NCBI RefSeq assembly: GCF_006345805.1
Contig: NW_021823795.1
Span: 1-21,511, forward strand
Reading direction: 5' to 3'
DNA length: 21,511 bases
Source: Octopus sinensis
Lineage: Eukaryota
Shown here in pieces: positions 1-10,222 of the stretch (the first letter of the stretch is position 1; each line of letters starts with the position of its first letter). Position numbers and translations under genes: made by a program. A model generated the notes under the pieces. The model was not told the origin of the DNA. It searched no databases and worked only from the letters and a program-made list of their open reading frames with translations.

Positions 1-79
1 TTAAGGATACTGCATCGTAGGAATCGAACTCACGGCTTACGATCGTGAGCCGAACACCCTAACCACTAAGCTACGTACC
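1..79 (-). mobile_element. tRNA-derived SINE head (group A1), cut by window edge
   Basis: Reverse complement reads GGTACGTAGCTTAGTGGTTAGGGTGTTCGGCTCACGATCGTAAGCCGTGAGTTCGATTCC. It has Pol III A box (TAGCTTAGTGG) and B box (GAGTTCGATTCC) and is homologous to the head at 228. Confidence 0.8.
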
Positions 80-227
80 TTCGTTAATCCTGATGCAGTA
101 AATAAGGAGCAGCACCCTTATTGGTGGATTCGCTGCAATAGTGACACGGTTGTGGTTGCGATGAGGGTTGTGGTGTTGTGGTGGTATATAGTGTGTCTGT
201 GTGTTAGTATTACTGGTATTAAGTGTA

Positions 228-790
228 GGCGCTTGGCTTAGAGGGTCTTCGGCTTGCAATCGTAAGACCGTCAGTTCGATTCTTCGCAGCGCGTTGTGTC
301 CTTGATCAAGACAATTCATTTTCCACGTTGCTCCACTCAGCTGGCGAAAATGAGCAGTACCTATTTCTTTATCACCCACAAGGGGCTAAACACAGAGGGG
401 ACAAACAAGGACAGACATAGGTATTAAGTCGATTACATCGACCCCAGTGCGTAACTGGTATTTAATTTATCGACCCCGAAAGGATGAAAGGCAAAGTCGA
501 CCTCGGCGGAATTTGAACTCAGAACGTAAAGACAGACAAAATACCGCTAAGCATTTCACCCGGCATGCTAACGATTCTGCCAGCTCGCCGCCTTGAAAAT
601 GAGCAGTACCGGTAATTCAAAGGGGGCCAGCTTGTCACATTCTGCGTCACGCTGAATTTCCCTGGGAACTACGTTAAAGAGCACGCGTGTCTGCGGAGTA
701 CTCAGCCACTTGCACGTTAATTTCACAAACAGGCTGTTCCGTTGGTTGGGAACAACTGGAACCCTCGTCGTCGTAACCGACGGAGTACCA
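228..790 (+). mobile_element. Group A1 SINE (tRNA head + CORE-like segment + A tail), interrupted by a B1 SINE
   Basis: Degraded tRNA head with B box CAGTTCGATTC, followed by a CORE-like GTGTCCTTGATCAAGACA...AAAATGAG. The 3' part (~620-790, ending AACCCTCGTCGTCGTAACCGACGGAGT) is shared with the element at 15924-16316. Confidence 0.8.
362..594 (-). mobile_element. B1 SINE, full length, inserted in the A1 SINE
   Basis: Head AAGGCGGCGAGCTGGCAGAATCG, B box GAGTTCAAATTCC, tail ...GCCCCTTGTGGGTGATAAAGAAATA. Exact 16-bp TSD GAAAATGAGCAGTACC at 346-361 and 595-610. Confidence 0.95.
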
Positions 791-804
791 GAGATTAGTG
801 GTAT

Positions 805-970
805 TCTTTTCTATTCTAGGCACAAGGCCCGAAATTTTTGGGGAAGGGGCCAGTCGATTAGATCGACCCCAGTACGCAACTGGTACTTAATTCATCGACC
901 CCAAAAAGATGAAAGGTAAAGTCGACCTCGGGGGAATTTGAACTCAGAACGTAAAGACAGACAAAATACC
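805..970 (-). mobile_element. B2 SINE lacking the first ~50 nt of its head
   Basis: B core plus B2 tail (GGGCCTTGTGCCTAGAATAGAAAAGAA). It starts at GGTATTTTGTC directly after a B1 tail. Confidence 0.9.
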
Positions 971-1202
971 TATTTCTTTATTACCCACAAGGGACTAAAC
1001 ACAGAGGGGACAAAGAAGGACAGACATAGGTATTAAGTCAATTACATCGACCCCAGTGCGTAACTGGTACTTAATTTATCGACCCTGAAAGGATGAAAGG
1101 CAAAGTCGACCTCGGCGGAATTTGAACTCACAACGTAACGCAGACGAAATACCGCTAAGAATATCACCCGGCGTGCTAACGTTTCTGCCAGCTCACTACC
1201 TT
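971..1202 (-). mobile_element. B1 SINE, full length
   Basis: Near-identical to 362-594 over its whole length. Confidence 0.93.
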
Positions 1203-1207
1203 AAAAG

Positions 1208-1374
1208 TATTCATTTCTACTCTAGGAACAAAGCCCGAAATTTTGGGGGAGGAGGGCAGTCGATTAGATCGACACCAGTACGCAACTGGTACTTAATTCA
1301 TCGACCCCAAAAAGATGAAAGGTAAAGTTGACCTCGGCAGAATTTGAACTCAGAACGTAAAGACACGAAATACC
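1208..1374 (-). mobile_element. B2 SINE lacking the first ~50 nt of its head
   Basis: Closely matches 805-970 and is truncated at the same GGTATTTCG site. Confidence 0.9.
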
Positions 1375-1607
1375 TATTTCTTTACTACCCACAAGGGGCT
1401 AAACACAGAAAGGACAAACAAGGACAAACAAACGGATTAAGTCGATTATATCGACTCCAGTGCGTAACTGGTACTTATTGAATCGACAGCGAAAGGATGA
1501 AAGGTAAAGTCGCCCTCGGCGGAATTTGAACTCAGAACATAAAGACAGACGAAATACCGTTATGCGTTTCGCCCGGGGTGCAAACGTTTCTGCCAGGTCA
1601 CCACATT
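1375..1607 (-). mobile_element. B1 SINE, full length (second subfamily)
   Basis: B head, core and B1 tail. It carries the ACAAACGGATTAAG variant instead of ACATAGGTATTAAG. Confidence 0.9.
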
Positions 1608-1620
1608 GGATTAGTGGTAT

Positions 1621-2170
1621 CAGCGGTAGTATTAGTGTAGTACCATTGTGTTGGCAGTAGTCTTAATAATGGCGCTAATAGCGATGTAAGGAGTGGTTTG
1701 GGCAGTAGTGTTGTTAGTGGTGTTAGTAACGGTGATAGTGGGTTAACATTGATGGCACTGGTTGTTGTGTCATTGCACTGGTAATAGTGTTAGTCTGGTG
1801 GTGGTGGTGGTGTTTGTGGTGGTATGAGTTGCAGTTTTTGTAGTAGTGGTTGAGGTGTTGGTATTGTTGTTTGTGTGTTAGTAGTGATGTTGATTGCAGT
1901 GTTGCAGTGTTGGCGATAGTGGTAGTAGTATTACTGTGTTTGGGTTGTAGTGTTGGTGCATAAGCAGTGGTAGTGGTGCGAGTAGTGGCTTGGGTCGTAG
2001 CATCAGTGAGTTGGTAGTGGCGGTGGTAGTATTGGTGGGAACAGCAGTTTCGGTATTAGTGGTTTTGGTAGTATAGGCAGTAGTAATGCGGTGTGTGTTG
2101 GTATAAGTATCGGCGGTGGTGTTTGTGGTCGTGACATTAGTGTATTAGCAATGATGGTGTCGACACTAAC
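1621..2170. repeat. Degenerate GTA/GTG/GTT trinucleotide low-complexity tract
   Basis: Runs of gtagta/gtggtg/gttgtt with many substitutions. Similar sequence lies at ~130-220. Confidence 0.8.
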
Positions 2171-2339
2171 TGCAGGCTATCAACTCACTCACACCACACC
2201 TCACTACCTTACTCCTCCCTCACATAACTGTTGTCTCTTCTCAGGAACTCCCTCCTCTCCCTGCCCCTACATAACACACTGTTGAAATGTCAAAGGTATG
2301 TCGCTCAAAAGTCTCTTCGCCCCGTCCACCATTGTTTGT

Positions 2340-2381
2340 CTATCTGCCTCCCTTTCTATCATCTATCTATCAATCTATCTT

Positions 2382-2452
<71 letters not shown>

Positions 2453-2457
2453 GTCTC

Positions 2458-2537
<80 letters not shown>

Positions 2538-2766
2538 ACCTATCTATCTATGTTATCTCTCTGCCTACCTATCTATCTATGTTATCTCTCTGCCTACCCA
2601 TACACAGATCCATCCATTTACGTACCCGTTCATCCATGTATATATGTATGTACGTACGTATGTATGTATGTATGTATGTATGTATGTATGTATGTATGTA
2701 TGTATGTATGTACGTACGTATGTATGTATGCATCTATCTATCTATCTATCTAAAAAAAAATCTATC

Positions 2767-2814
<48 letters not shown>

Positions 2815-2883
2815 ATCTATCTATCTGTCTGTCTATCTACCTACCTATATACCCATCTATCTCTGTCTGTCTGTCTCTCTCTA

Positions 2884-2923
<40 letters not shown>

Positions 2924-2960
2924 ACCCCCTCCCACTCTCTCTCTCTCTCTCTCTCTTTCA
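2340..2960. repeat. Compound microsatellite (CTAT)n/(CT)n/(TATG)n
   Basis: Directly visible. It produces the IYLS/YVCM pseudo-ORFs. Confidence 0.97.
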
Positions 2961-3287
2961 GTCTGTTTTTTCTGTGTCACACAGTTTATATACTCACTAC
3001 CAGCCTGCTTGCTTTGTCTGCTGCCTGTCTGTCTACATATCTGTCTGTCTGTCTGCCTTGGGTTCCCGCCCTTCTACATCTCTCCTAACTATGTCATCCG
3101 ATCTGTCTGCCCGGCTGTTCGTCTGCTTGCCTGTTTACCTATCTATGTCATTCGCTCTGTCTTATGTGTGTCGGATTGCCCGACAGCACGGGTGCTCGCC
3201 CCTCTCCCGCCACCACACCGCCTCATCCCCCCCCGTTCTCATCATATCCTCACCACCGCGCAGTGTACTCCGCCTGCACATTCATAC

Positions 3288-3288
<1 letters not shown>

Positions 3289-3331
<43 letters not shown>

Positions 3332-3405
3332 CTATATCTATCTATATATACTTATATATATAAGCATATATATATATATATGTATGTATATATGTGTGTA
3401 TGTAA
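3289..3405. repeat. (CA)n/(TA)n microsatellite
   Basis: Directly visible. Confidence 0.95.
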
Positions 3406-3407
3406 AT

Positions 3408-3855
3408 ACTCTACTCTTTTACTTGTTTCAGTCATTTGACTGCGGCCATGCTGGAGTACCGCCTTTAGTCGAGCAAATCGACCCCGGACTTAATCTTTGT
3501 AAGCCCAGATTACTTATTCTATCGGTCTCTTTTGCCGAACCGCTAAGTGAGGGGACATAAACACACCAGCATCGGTTGTCAAGCATGCTAGGGGACAAAC
3601 ACAGACCACAAATACAACACACACACCACACACACACACACATATATATTATATATATATATATATATATATTATATACATATATATATACGACGGGCTT
3701 CTTTTCAGTTTCCGTCTACCAAATCCACTCACAAGGCATTGGTCGGCTCGGGGCTATAGTAAAGAAGACACTTGCCAAGGTGCCACGCAGTGGAATTAAA
3801 CCTGGAACCATGTGGCTGGTTAGCAAGCTACTTACCACACAGCCACTCCTGCGCC
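3408..3855 (-). mobile_element. Group C SINE, full length, with internal (TA)n/(TG)n tract
   Basis: Head GGCGCAGGAGTGGCTGTGTGGTAAG, CORE-like ACCTTGG(G)CAAGTGTCTT, internal microsatellite ~3610-3690, tail ...GCAGTCAAATGACTGAAACAAGTAAAAGAG. Homologous to 11980-12380 and 15440-15853. Confidence 0.93.
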
Positions 3856-3980
3856 TATATATGTATATATATGCACAATATATGTATACACACACGCATA
3901 CATATATACATCTCTCTCTCTTCTCTGTGCCTATATATATCTATATATTATATATATATATTATATATATATTATATATA

Positions 3981-4048
3981 GGTGTTGCTCCAGCATAGTC
4001 GCAGTCAAATGACTGAAACAAGTAGAAGAATTGAAGAATTAAAAGAAT
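3981..4048 (+). mobile_element. Group C SINE 3' terminal fragment
   Basis: GCTCCAGCATAGTCGCAGTCAAATGACTGAAACAAGTAGAAGA matches the C tail. Confidence 0.85.
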
Positions 4049-4428
4049 GTATACACACACAAACACACACATACATATACACACACACACATACACACAC
4101 ACACATGCACACACACACACACACACATATATTTATACATACATATATATATATATGCGATCATAGACACACCGCTTACGTACATATGTGCATGTATAAA
4201 CACACAGTATGTATGTGTGTGTGTACGTGTATATGCATGTGTATGCATGTGTGTGTATACATGTATATGCGTGTATATATGTATAGATATGCATAAGATA
4301 TATGTACGTATATGTATGTGTGTATATCTTTGTACGTGTTCATGCGTACAAGTATCTTTGTGTGTGTATGCCACACACACACATACACACATACATACAC
4401 ATACATACATACAAACATACATACATAG

Positions 4429-4459
<31 letters not shown>

Positions 4460-4462
4460 CAT
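4049..4462. repeat. Compound (CA)n/(TA)n/(TACA)n microsatellite
   Basis: Directly visible. Confidence 0.95.
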
Positions 4463-4610
4463 GCATCTTTTCCTTCCATCCCACTTCTTTTCTCTGTTAT
4501 TCCTGACCCCGATCTATTTCAGATAGTTTATCCAGAACCTTCTCACCCTGTCCTCACCCCTGTCTCCTAAACCCCCACGCACTCGCACTAGAAGCACAAA
4601 CAAAACCGTT

Positions 4611-4686
4611 TACACACACACACACACACATACACACACACACACACACACATACAAATATATACATTCATATATAAACACACATT

Positions 4687-4741
<55 letters not shown>

Positions 4742-4805
4742 GTTTGTCTGTCTCTCTGTGTGTCTGTCTCTCTGTCTGTCTATCTATCTATCTATCTATC
4801 CATCA

Positions 4806-4883
<78 letters not shown>

Positions 4884-5049
4884 GTCTGTCTATACCCCTC
4901 ACACACGCATATGTGTGTGTGTGTGCGCGCGTATTATAACACACCTAGGCCCCGTGTTTTGTTACACATTTTCCCTCACGACCTACACATACACTTTCCT
5001 TTACTCCTTCATTCTCTCTCTCTCTTCGTCTATACCTATATATGTACAC

Positions 5050-5090
<41 letters not shown>
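4611..5090. repeat. Compound (CA)n/(CTAT)n/(CT)n microsatellites
   Basis: Directly visible. Confidence 0.93.
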
Positions 5091-5093
<3 letters not shown>

Positions 5094-6085
5094 GGTATCA
5101 TATCCACATGCATGTACTCTCATGATATTATGTTGGGCCAAGACTTACAGCTAAGGGGCCATTTTAGTAGCTTTGCTTGACAATCGAATTATCCCGCTGC
5201 CGTCGTCTTTATCAAACACCGTATCAAGATTCTCTCACCTTATTCACCTCCGTGATTCCAAGCTGCCGAAACGTCGTGATTTGGGTTGTGATGCCAGGTA
5301 CCACTAGCAGAACTTGGAGAATATTTAGTCAAATATATCAAACCCAGTACGTTTTTGGGATCTTTTCTCTTTGATTGCAAATTTTCAGCCTCTTCAATTC
5401 CTGATCGAATTGATTTCACATTCGGTATAATGATATGCTTTTATATGCTAATCATTGTTTTGAAATTCATTTTCGCAGTAAATCATTAAATAAAGTGTCA
5501 TTAGCTTTTAAAGTTTGAAAATTTTGGGTAATTTTAGCCAATCGTATGCCACAGACACATTTATGCATGTTTCCATAGTAACAAGGAAAGCATGAGAACT
5601 CTTTTGTCTGCGAGAATGTACTTGTTGACAAATATATTCGACTCGTTGAGATAAACATCAGATGTGTTAAAAATAACAGCCAAATAGGCTTTAAATCACG
5701 TGCCAAAAAAAATCTCTTGTTTTATTTTTGGATAACCATATAAATTCCCATGTGTAGAATACAAATTTGCAAATATTTTTCTGAAAATTCCAAGAAACAA
5801 AAAAAAAAAATTATGAGGGTTTATATGGCGTGCGTAAAGCAGAATTTCATTCATTTACTGTTGAGAACAGGAACTGTCACGCACAAATTGACAGCTTCCA
5901 ATCCTGATTTCTGATTGGGTGAAAATTATCAAACTTTAAACCTCTAAAACTTCTTTGAAAAATTTTCCTGAAAAAAGTGAAATATCTCCTGATATTCAGA
6001 TTGGAAAACTGTATTAATGTACCAAATTAAAAAAATATTCAATGAACTTTGAATTTTCAACGAAAACTCTCGCCACTTGTCAATA

Positions 6086-6326
6086 CTATATATTCTTAAA
6101 GCGACACTCAGTCGCTTAATGCTATACGGACGTAGACTGTGTGTCGATGATCAGTTGGAAAATATGTTTTCCTGGGTCTAAAACAACAGTAACATCGTCC
6201 TTTATAGGACTGCCACCTTCTGTTGGCAAATAAGCTTTACTATTCAGTAGTGTTACTGTATATCTCACGTTCAGAGATTTAAAACAAATTTTCTGTGTAA
6301 CTGTGTGTCGCTTAAAGAATATATAG
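6086..6326. mobile_element. Putative MITE / foldback segment bounded by 22-bp inverted repeats
   Basis: CTATATATTCTTAAAGCGACAC (6086-6107) and GTGTCGCTTAAAGAATATATAG (6305-6326) are reverse complements with 1 mismatch. A TA TSD is possible. Family not recognised. Confidence 0.45.
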
Positions 6327-6575
6327 GATTTCCGAGTGGAGAGAGCTTTCGTCGCTAGCTTGTGATTTTCTGACACTTAGGACGGGTAACCATCCAGAAA
6401 CCTAGGTCTGTGAGTATCACGTAAGGCTAGAGATGGGAGTGATGACCTCCTCTGCAAATGCTCTACGGGCACACACTGTGTGTCGATGGTCAGCTGAAAA
6501 AGATGTTTTCCTAGGACTAAAACAACAATAACATCGTCCTTTATAGGACTTCCACATTCTGTTGACAAATAAACT

Positions 6576-6582
<7 letters not shown>

Positions 6583-6617
<35 letters not shown>

Positions 6618-6789
6618 AACGATGGGTTTCTTCCAGTTTCCGTCTACCAAATCCACTCACAAGGCATTAGGTCGACTCGAGGCTAAAGTAAGTAGAATAT
6701 ATTTGCCCAAGGTGCCACGCAATGGGACTGAACCACCGAACCATGTGGTAGGGTTTCACGCTTCTTACCATCCAGCCACACCTGCGCCT
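6583..6789 (-). mobile_element. Group C SINE left half (tRNA + CORE-like), ending in (TA)n
   Basis: Matches the C head through ...GAAACTGGAAGAAACCCATCG, then runs into (TA)n. The right module is absent. Confidence 0.88.
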
Positions 6790-6830
6790 ATAATAGTAAT
6801 GTATTATCATTTAATGAAGCAATTTCATTT

Positions 6831-7618
6831 CGAGAAGCGCTACCCTTTCGGGATAAGCGCTGCAGGCATGGCTCGAGAAAAACGGGGCCGACCTGCCCGA
6901 GATGCGGTCAGAGCGACGAAACCGTTCTGCACGTACCCGAACAGTGTCCAACCATTTCCGTCCTGTGGGCCTATGTCGAACGACTGCTATCACGTGTGGG
7001 ATAAGTGAGTTTATCAACCAAGTCTATTGAGAATATTGTCGCGCCTCCTTCCTTGAAACGGGAAGGAAGGGCCATTTTCATCGTACTTGTGGCTTTGGCG
7101 AAAGAATGTGTATGGTAGACGCGTCTGAAAGGTCTAGAAGTAAACACTTTCCTCTCTGGTCAATCTCTCATCAACTTCTTCAAGTATCACTTGAAGAGGA
7201 AGGTGAGAGTAGAGAGGGAAGTTTTGTTTAGTGAATGCTTAAAAAAAAAAAGATGGGTGAATGTAGCAAGGATGGCTGTGTGAATGACGAAGCCAGCTTG
7301 AGCATAATCATACGAACCGAAAAACGAATGGAAAAAGAGAGTCACTTACAGTAATGTGTTTTTTGCATGACATTTTTGTCCGAGGTTACCGTGGTCTTTT
7401 CCGTAGGCTTTTCTTTCCACGGATAAACCTAATCTGTTTCCTCTTTTTACATTATGACATTTCTGTGATACACGATCCCTACTGATCGGCCTTTTTTTCC
7501 CACTATCACTTCTGATCGAATTTCTACCCCACTTTTTTTTCTTCTCTTTACAAAAGAAAAGCTCTACTTTGTATTTTGTCCCCACTGTGTTCAGCCCTGT
7601 GTGGCCAACAAAGAAGCA
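6831..7618 (+). mobile_element. Tx1-clade (L1 group) non-LTR retrotransposon 3' fragment: ORF2 C-terminus + 3' UTR
   Basis: Frame from 6831 reads REALPFRDK...PTCPRCGQSDETVLHVPEQCP..LWAYVERLL...AKECVW*TR...FFKYHLKRKVRVER...RWVNVARM. CX2CX8HX4C zinc knuckle at 6894-6947, typical of L1/Tx1 ORF2. In-frame stops at 7002 and 7116, end at 7281-7283. The T-rich UTR ends ...CCAACAAAGAAGCA. Confidence 0.88.

Positions 7619-7714
<96 letters not shown>
7619..7714. repeat. (TATC)24 perfect microsatellite
   Basis: 96 nt of uninterrupted TATC. Confidence 0.98.
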
Positions 7715-7715
7715 G

Positions 7716-7747
7716 GTGTTCAGCCCTGTGTCGCCAATAAAGAAACA
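7716..7747 (+). mobile_element. Second copy of the Tx1 3' terminus (32 bp)
   Basis: GTGTTCAGCCCTGTGTCGCCAATAAAGAAACA versus 7587-7618: 3 mismatches. Again followed by TATCT. Confidence 0.85.
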
Positions 7748-7820
7748 TATCTAAATGGATATCTACCTACCTATGAATCTAAATATCTCTCAACCAATCT
7801 ATCTAAATATCTATCTACAT

Positions 7821-8208
7821 AGCAATGGGCCGAGAGGAAGCTATCTCTAAAAAGGTCGGGCTGAACGTCCTGCCTTGTCCTGACCCTATCATCACGTAAC
7901 TGGAACGCATACTCTCCCGCTTTTGTGGAAGGGAAGAGTTCCAATGGTTAGGCGATCCATTTGCTGCCAACATCCGCTAAATGGAGGGCTGGGTATGCCG
8001 TGGCTGATGATGCGCAGACGCGCAGATACTGCGACACCTCCAGCGTGTCATTGACACCGGTGAAGAAGTGTGGTCGCCGTTTGTGAGACGCGCTTTCCCG
8101 CAGCTCGTCTCATTGACCGAACTTCAATCATGGATCAAGCAGAGACTGAGGCTGGGCGAATGGCACCGCGAGTGTCATCATGCTCTGGAGCAGCTCTGCC
8201 GGGATCAG
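7821..8208 (+). mobile_element. Tx1-clade ORF2 fragment (region after the RT domain), frameshifted
   Basis: WAERKLSLK..., LNVLPCPDP..LERILSRF / LWKGRVPMVRRSICCQHPLNGGLGMPWLMMRR / LRHLQRVIDTGEEVWSPFVRRAFPQL...GEWHREC. The GGLG motif and context are typical of L1/Tx1 ORF2. Two compensating frameshifts (~7922 and ~8028). Confidence 0.85.
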
Positions 8209-8711
8209 ACTTGTGCTACAGCTGTTTCGTAATGTCGTCGCTTTATGTTTGGCGTTGTAAAAGAGCCAAGTAATGAGCATTCCGTTATGTCATATATCAA
8301 ACTTGTTGGCTCCATAAAAATGAACTGGATTATGTACGTGAATTAATATCAAAAATTAAGACAAACTTTTAGAAATAACTACAGTCCTATAACGGAAACT
8401 GTAATAGGAGGACGATTTAAACAAGAAAAAACAAAAACTGAATACATATTTTCTAGGGAGACTCAGGACGTGGCTTTGGTGTGTTGGACAGTCACGTATC
8501 CGATATAATTTACAAAATATCATGAATATACCAAAAAAAAAAAAAAAAATGTCGTCCGATACGCGAATGCGTTTGTGATTGAATTTTTCTTGTCAGACGC
8601 CAAACTACACGTGTAACTTCGACTGGGGAACACAGCTTTAACTAATAATGGACGAGACAAAATAACATTCAGAGGCACTTGGGAACTAATAGACCAGACG
8701 TAATTTCTCTT

Positions 8712-8768
8712 GATATATATATATATATTATATATATATATATTATATATATATATATATATAATATA

Positions 8769-8800
<32 letters not shown>

Positions 8801-8945
8801 AGTGTGTATTTGTGTATGATTATATATATATGCATGTATGTATGTATATATATATATATATATAGACATATGCATGTATACACACAAACACATACACACA
8901 CGTACCCCCCCACACACATATATATATATATATCATGTATGTACA
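8712..8945. repeat. (TA)n/(TG)n microsatellite
   Basis: Directly visible. Confidence 0.95.
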
Positions 8946-9039
8946 TATACAGTGAGCGTAAGATATTTGAGGACATTTATGCTTATAAAAAAAAAGCAGA
9001 TATATAATAACAGATAATAACTTTATTTATCAAAAAATG

Positions 9040-9092
9040 GCACACTGTCGGTTACAAGGACGACGGTTTTAGCTGATCAGCTCAACGGCTGC
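9040..9092 (-). mobile_element. Degraded group A SINE tail fragment
   Basis: CTGTCGGTTACAAGGACGACGGTTTTAGCTGATCAGCTCAACGG resembles the reverse complement of the A tail at 16250-16303. Confidence 0.55.
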
Positions 9093-9094
9093 CA

Positions 9095-9860
9095 GATAAT
9101 TTCTGCGACCACATCACCCCTAACATTTGGCCAGCTAACTCCCCAGACTGCAACCACCTTGATGATTATGTGTAGGGCGAAGTTGAACGGAAAACCGACA
9201 AAATTCCTTGTAACAACAATAATGAACTGCAGGCAAGGATTATGGCAGCATTGACCAACTTAAACAAGGAGACCGTCCGGAAGAGCCGCCGGAGATTCCG
9301 AAGTTTTCTGGAGGCCGTGGTTGAAGCCAATGGCAATTTTATTGAATATATTTACTCTTCAGTATTTCAAGATATGTTTATGTAATTTTGGTAAATAGTT
9401 AAGTTAAGTTAAGTTAATTTTTTGGCTCAAAAAGCAAAAAGCAAGGCCATGTAGGAGGACATGGAGTTATGTACAGGGTGGTGTTCATGCAAAGAGTTTA
9501 GGCCATTTCTGGTCAAGAGAGACTTTGAACTGAGCGGTCGTCGGCATCCATCTTCACTATCTCGTCCGGCAGCTTATTCCACGGATCCGCAACCCTGACG
9601 GAGAAAGCCCCCCTCCTTCGATTGAGATGAAATCGTCGCAGATAGAGCTTTTCGGAGTGACCCCGCAGCCGACGCTCTGGAGCAAGAGTGAAGAACAGCT
9701 CTTTCGAGGGGTTACACTTTCCGCTTATGATGTTGTGAGCAAGAATGAGATCACCACGGCGTCGTCGTTTTTCTAGAGAATAATATCGGTTAAAATGAGA
9801 TGTCAGTGTTATTTTCATTTTTGCGTAATTTCGACGGTAGTTTATTATTCACACCCCGTG
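9095..9860 (+). mobile_element. Tc1/mariner (DD37D/maT-like) transposon 3' part: transposase pseudogene + probable right end, split by a CR1 fragment
   Basis: 9095-9349 translates DNFCDHITPNIWPANSPDCNHLDDYV*GEVERKTDK...ELQARIMAA...RRFRSFLEAVVEANGNFIE. WPxNSPDxNxLD is the third catalytic Asp motif. The 3' non-coding part resumes at ~9783 and ends ...CACACCCCGTG. Confidence 0.85.
9398..9782 (-). mobile_element. CR1-clade LINE 3' fragment with (TTAAC)n tail
   Basis: YSLEKRRRRGDLILAHNIISG...RLRGHSEKL...FSVRVADPWNKLPDEIV is the classic CR1 ORF2 C-terminus. A short UTR and pentamer tail follow. Homologous to 17205-17594. Confidence 0.92.
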
Positions 9861-9861
9861 T

Positions 9862-10031
9862 GTGAGTGCGTATATACAACAAGCTTCTTTCAGTTTCCGT
9901 CTATCAAATCCTCTTGCAATTTCCCCGAGGCTATTGTTGAAGACACTGGCCCAAGGTGGCACGCAGTGGAACTAAACCCAGAACCATGTGGTTGGGAAGC
10001 AAGCTTCTTAACAGACAGCCACGCCTGCACC
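9862..10031 (-). mobile_element. Group C SINE left half, diverged
   Basis: Matches the C head and CORE-like part. It ends at TATATAC with no right module. Confidence 0.85.
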
Positions 10032-10191
10032 TGTATATGTATGTATGTAGGTATGTATGTATGTATGCATGTATGTATGTATGCATGAATGTATGTATGC
10101 ATGTATGTATGTATGTATGTATGTATGCATGTATGTATGTATGTATGTATGTAAGCATGCATGTATGTATGTATGTATGTAGGTATGTATG

Positions 10192-10222
<31 letters not shown>

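Noticed and set aside
805-1608. CRISPR-like or satellite periodicity
   Set aside because: The units are SINE copies with no repeat-spacer structure, in a eukaryotic context.
2231-5180. Long ORFs such as 285 aa and 358 aa with IYLS/YVCM/HT repeats
   Set aside because: They are translations of stop-free microsatellites and have no protein features.
5245-5280. CCGAAACGTC as a hammerhead remnant
   Set aside because: No CTGANGA core upstream and no stem II.
5143-5400. Minus-strand exon ending at a perfect GTAAGT donor (5148-5143)
   Set aside because: All three frames hit stops between the plausible acceptor (5401) and the donor.
5400-6080. AT-rich segment resembling DNA-transposon subterminal sequence
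   Set aside because: No paired termini, TSD or coding remnant could be identified.
8330-8530. Weak Penelope-RT-like peptide (IHIF*GDSGRGFGVLD)
   Set aside because: Multiple stops and too little similarity to support a call.
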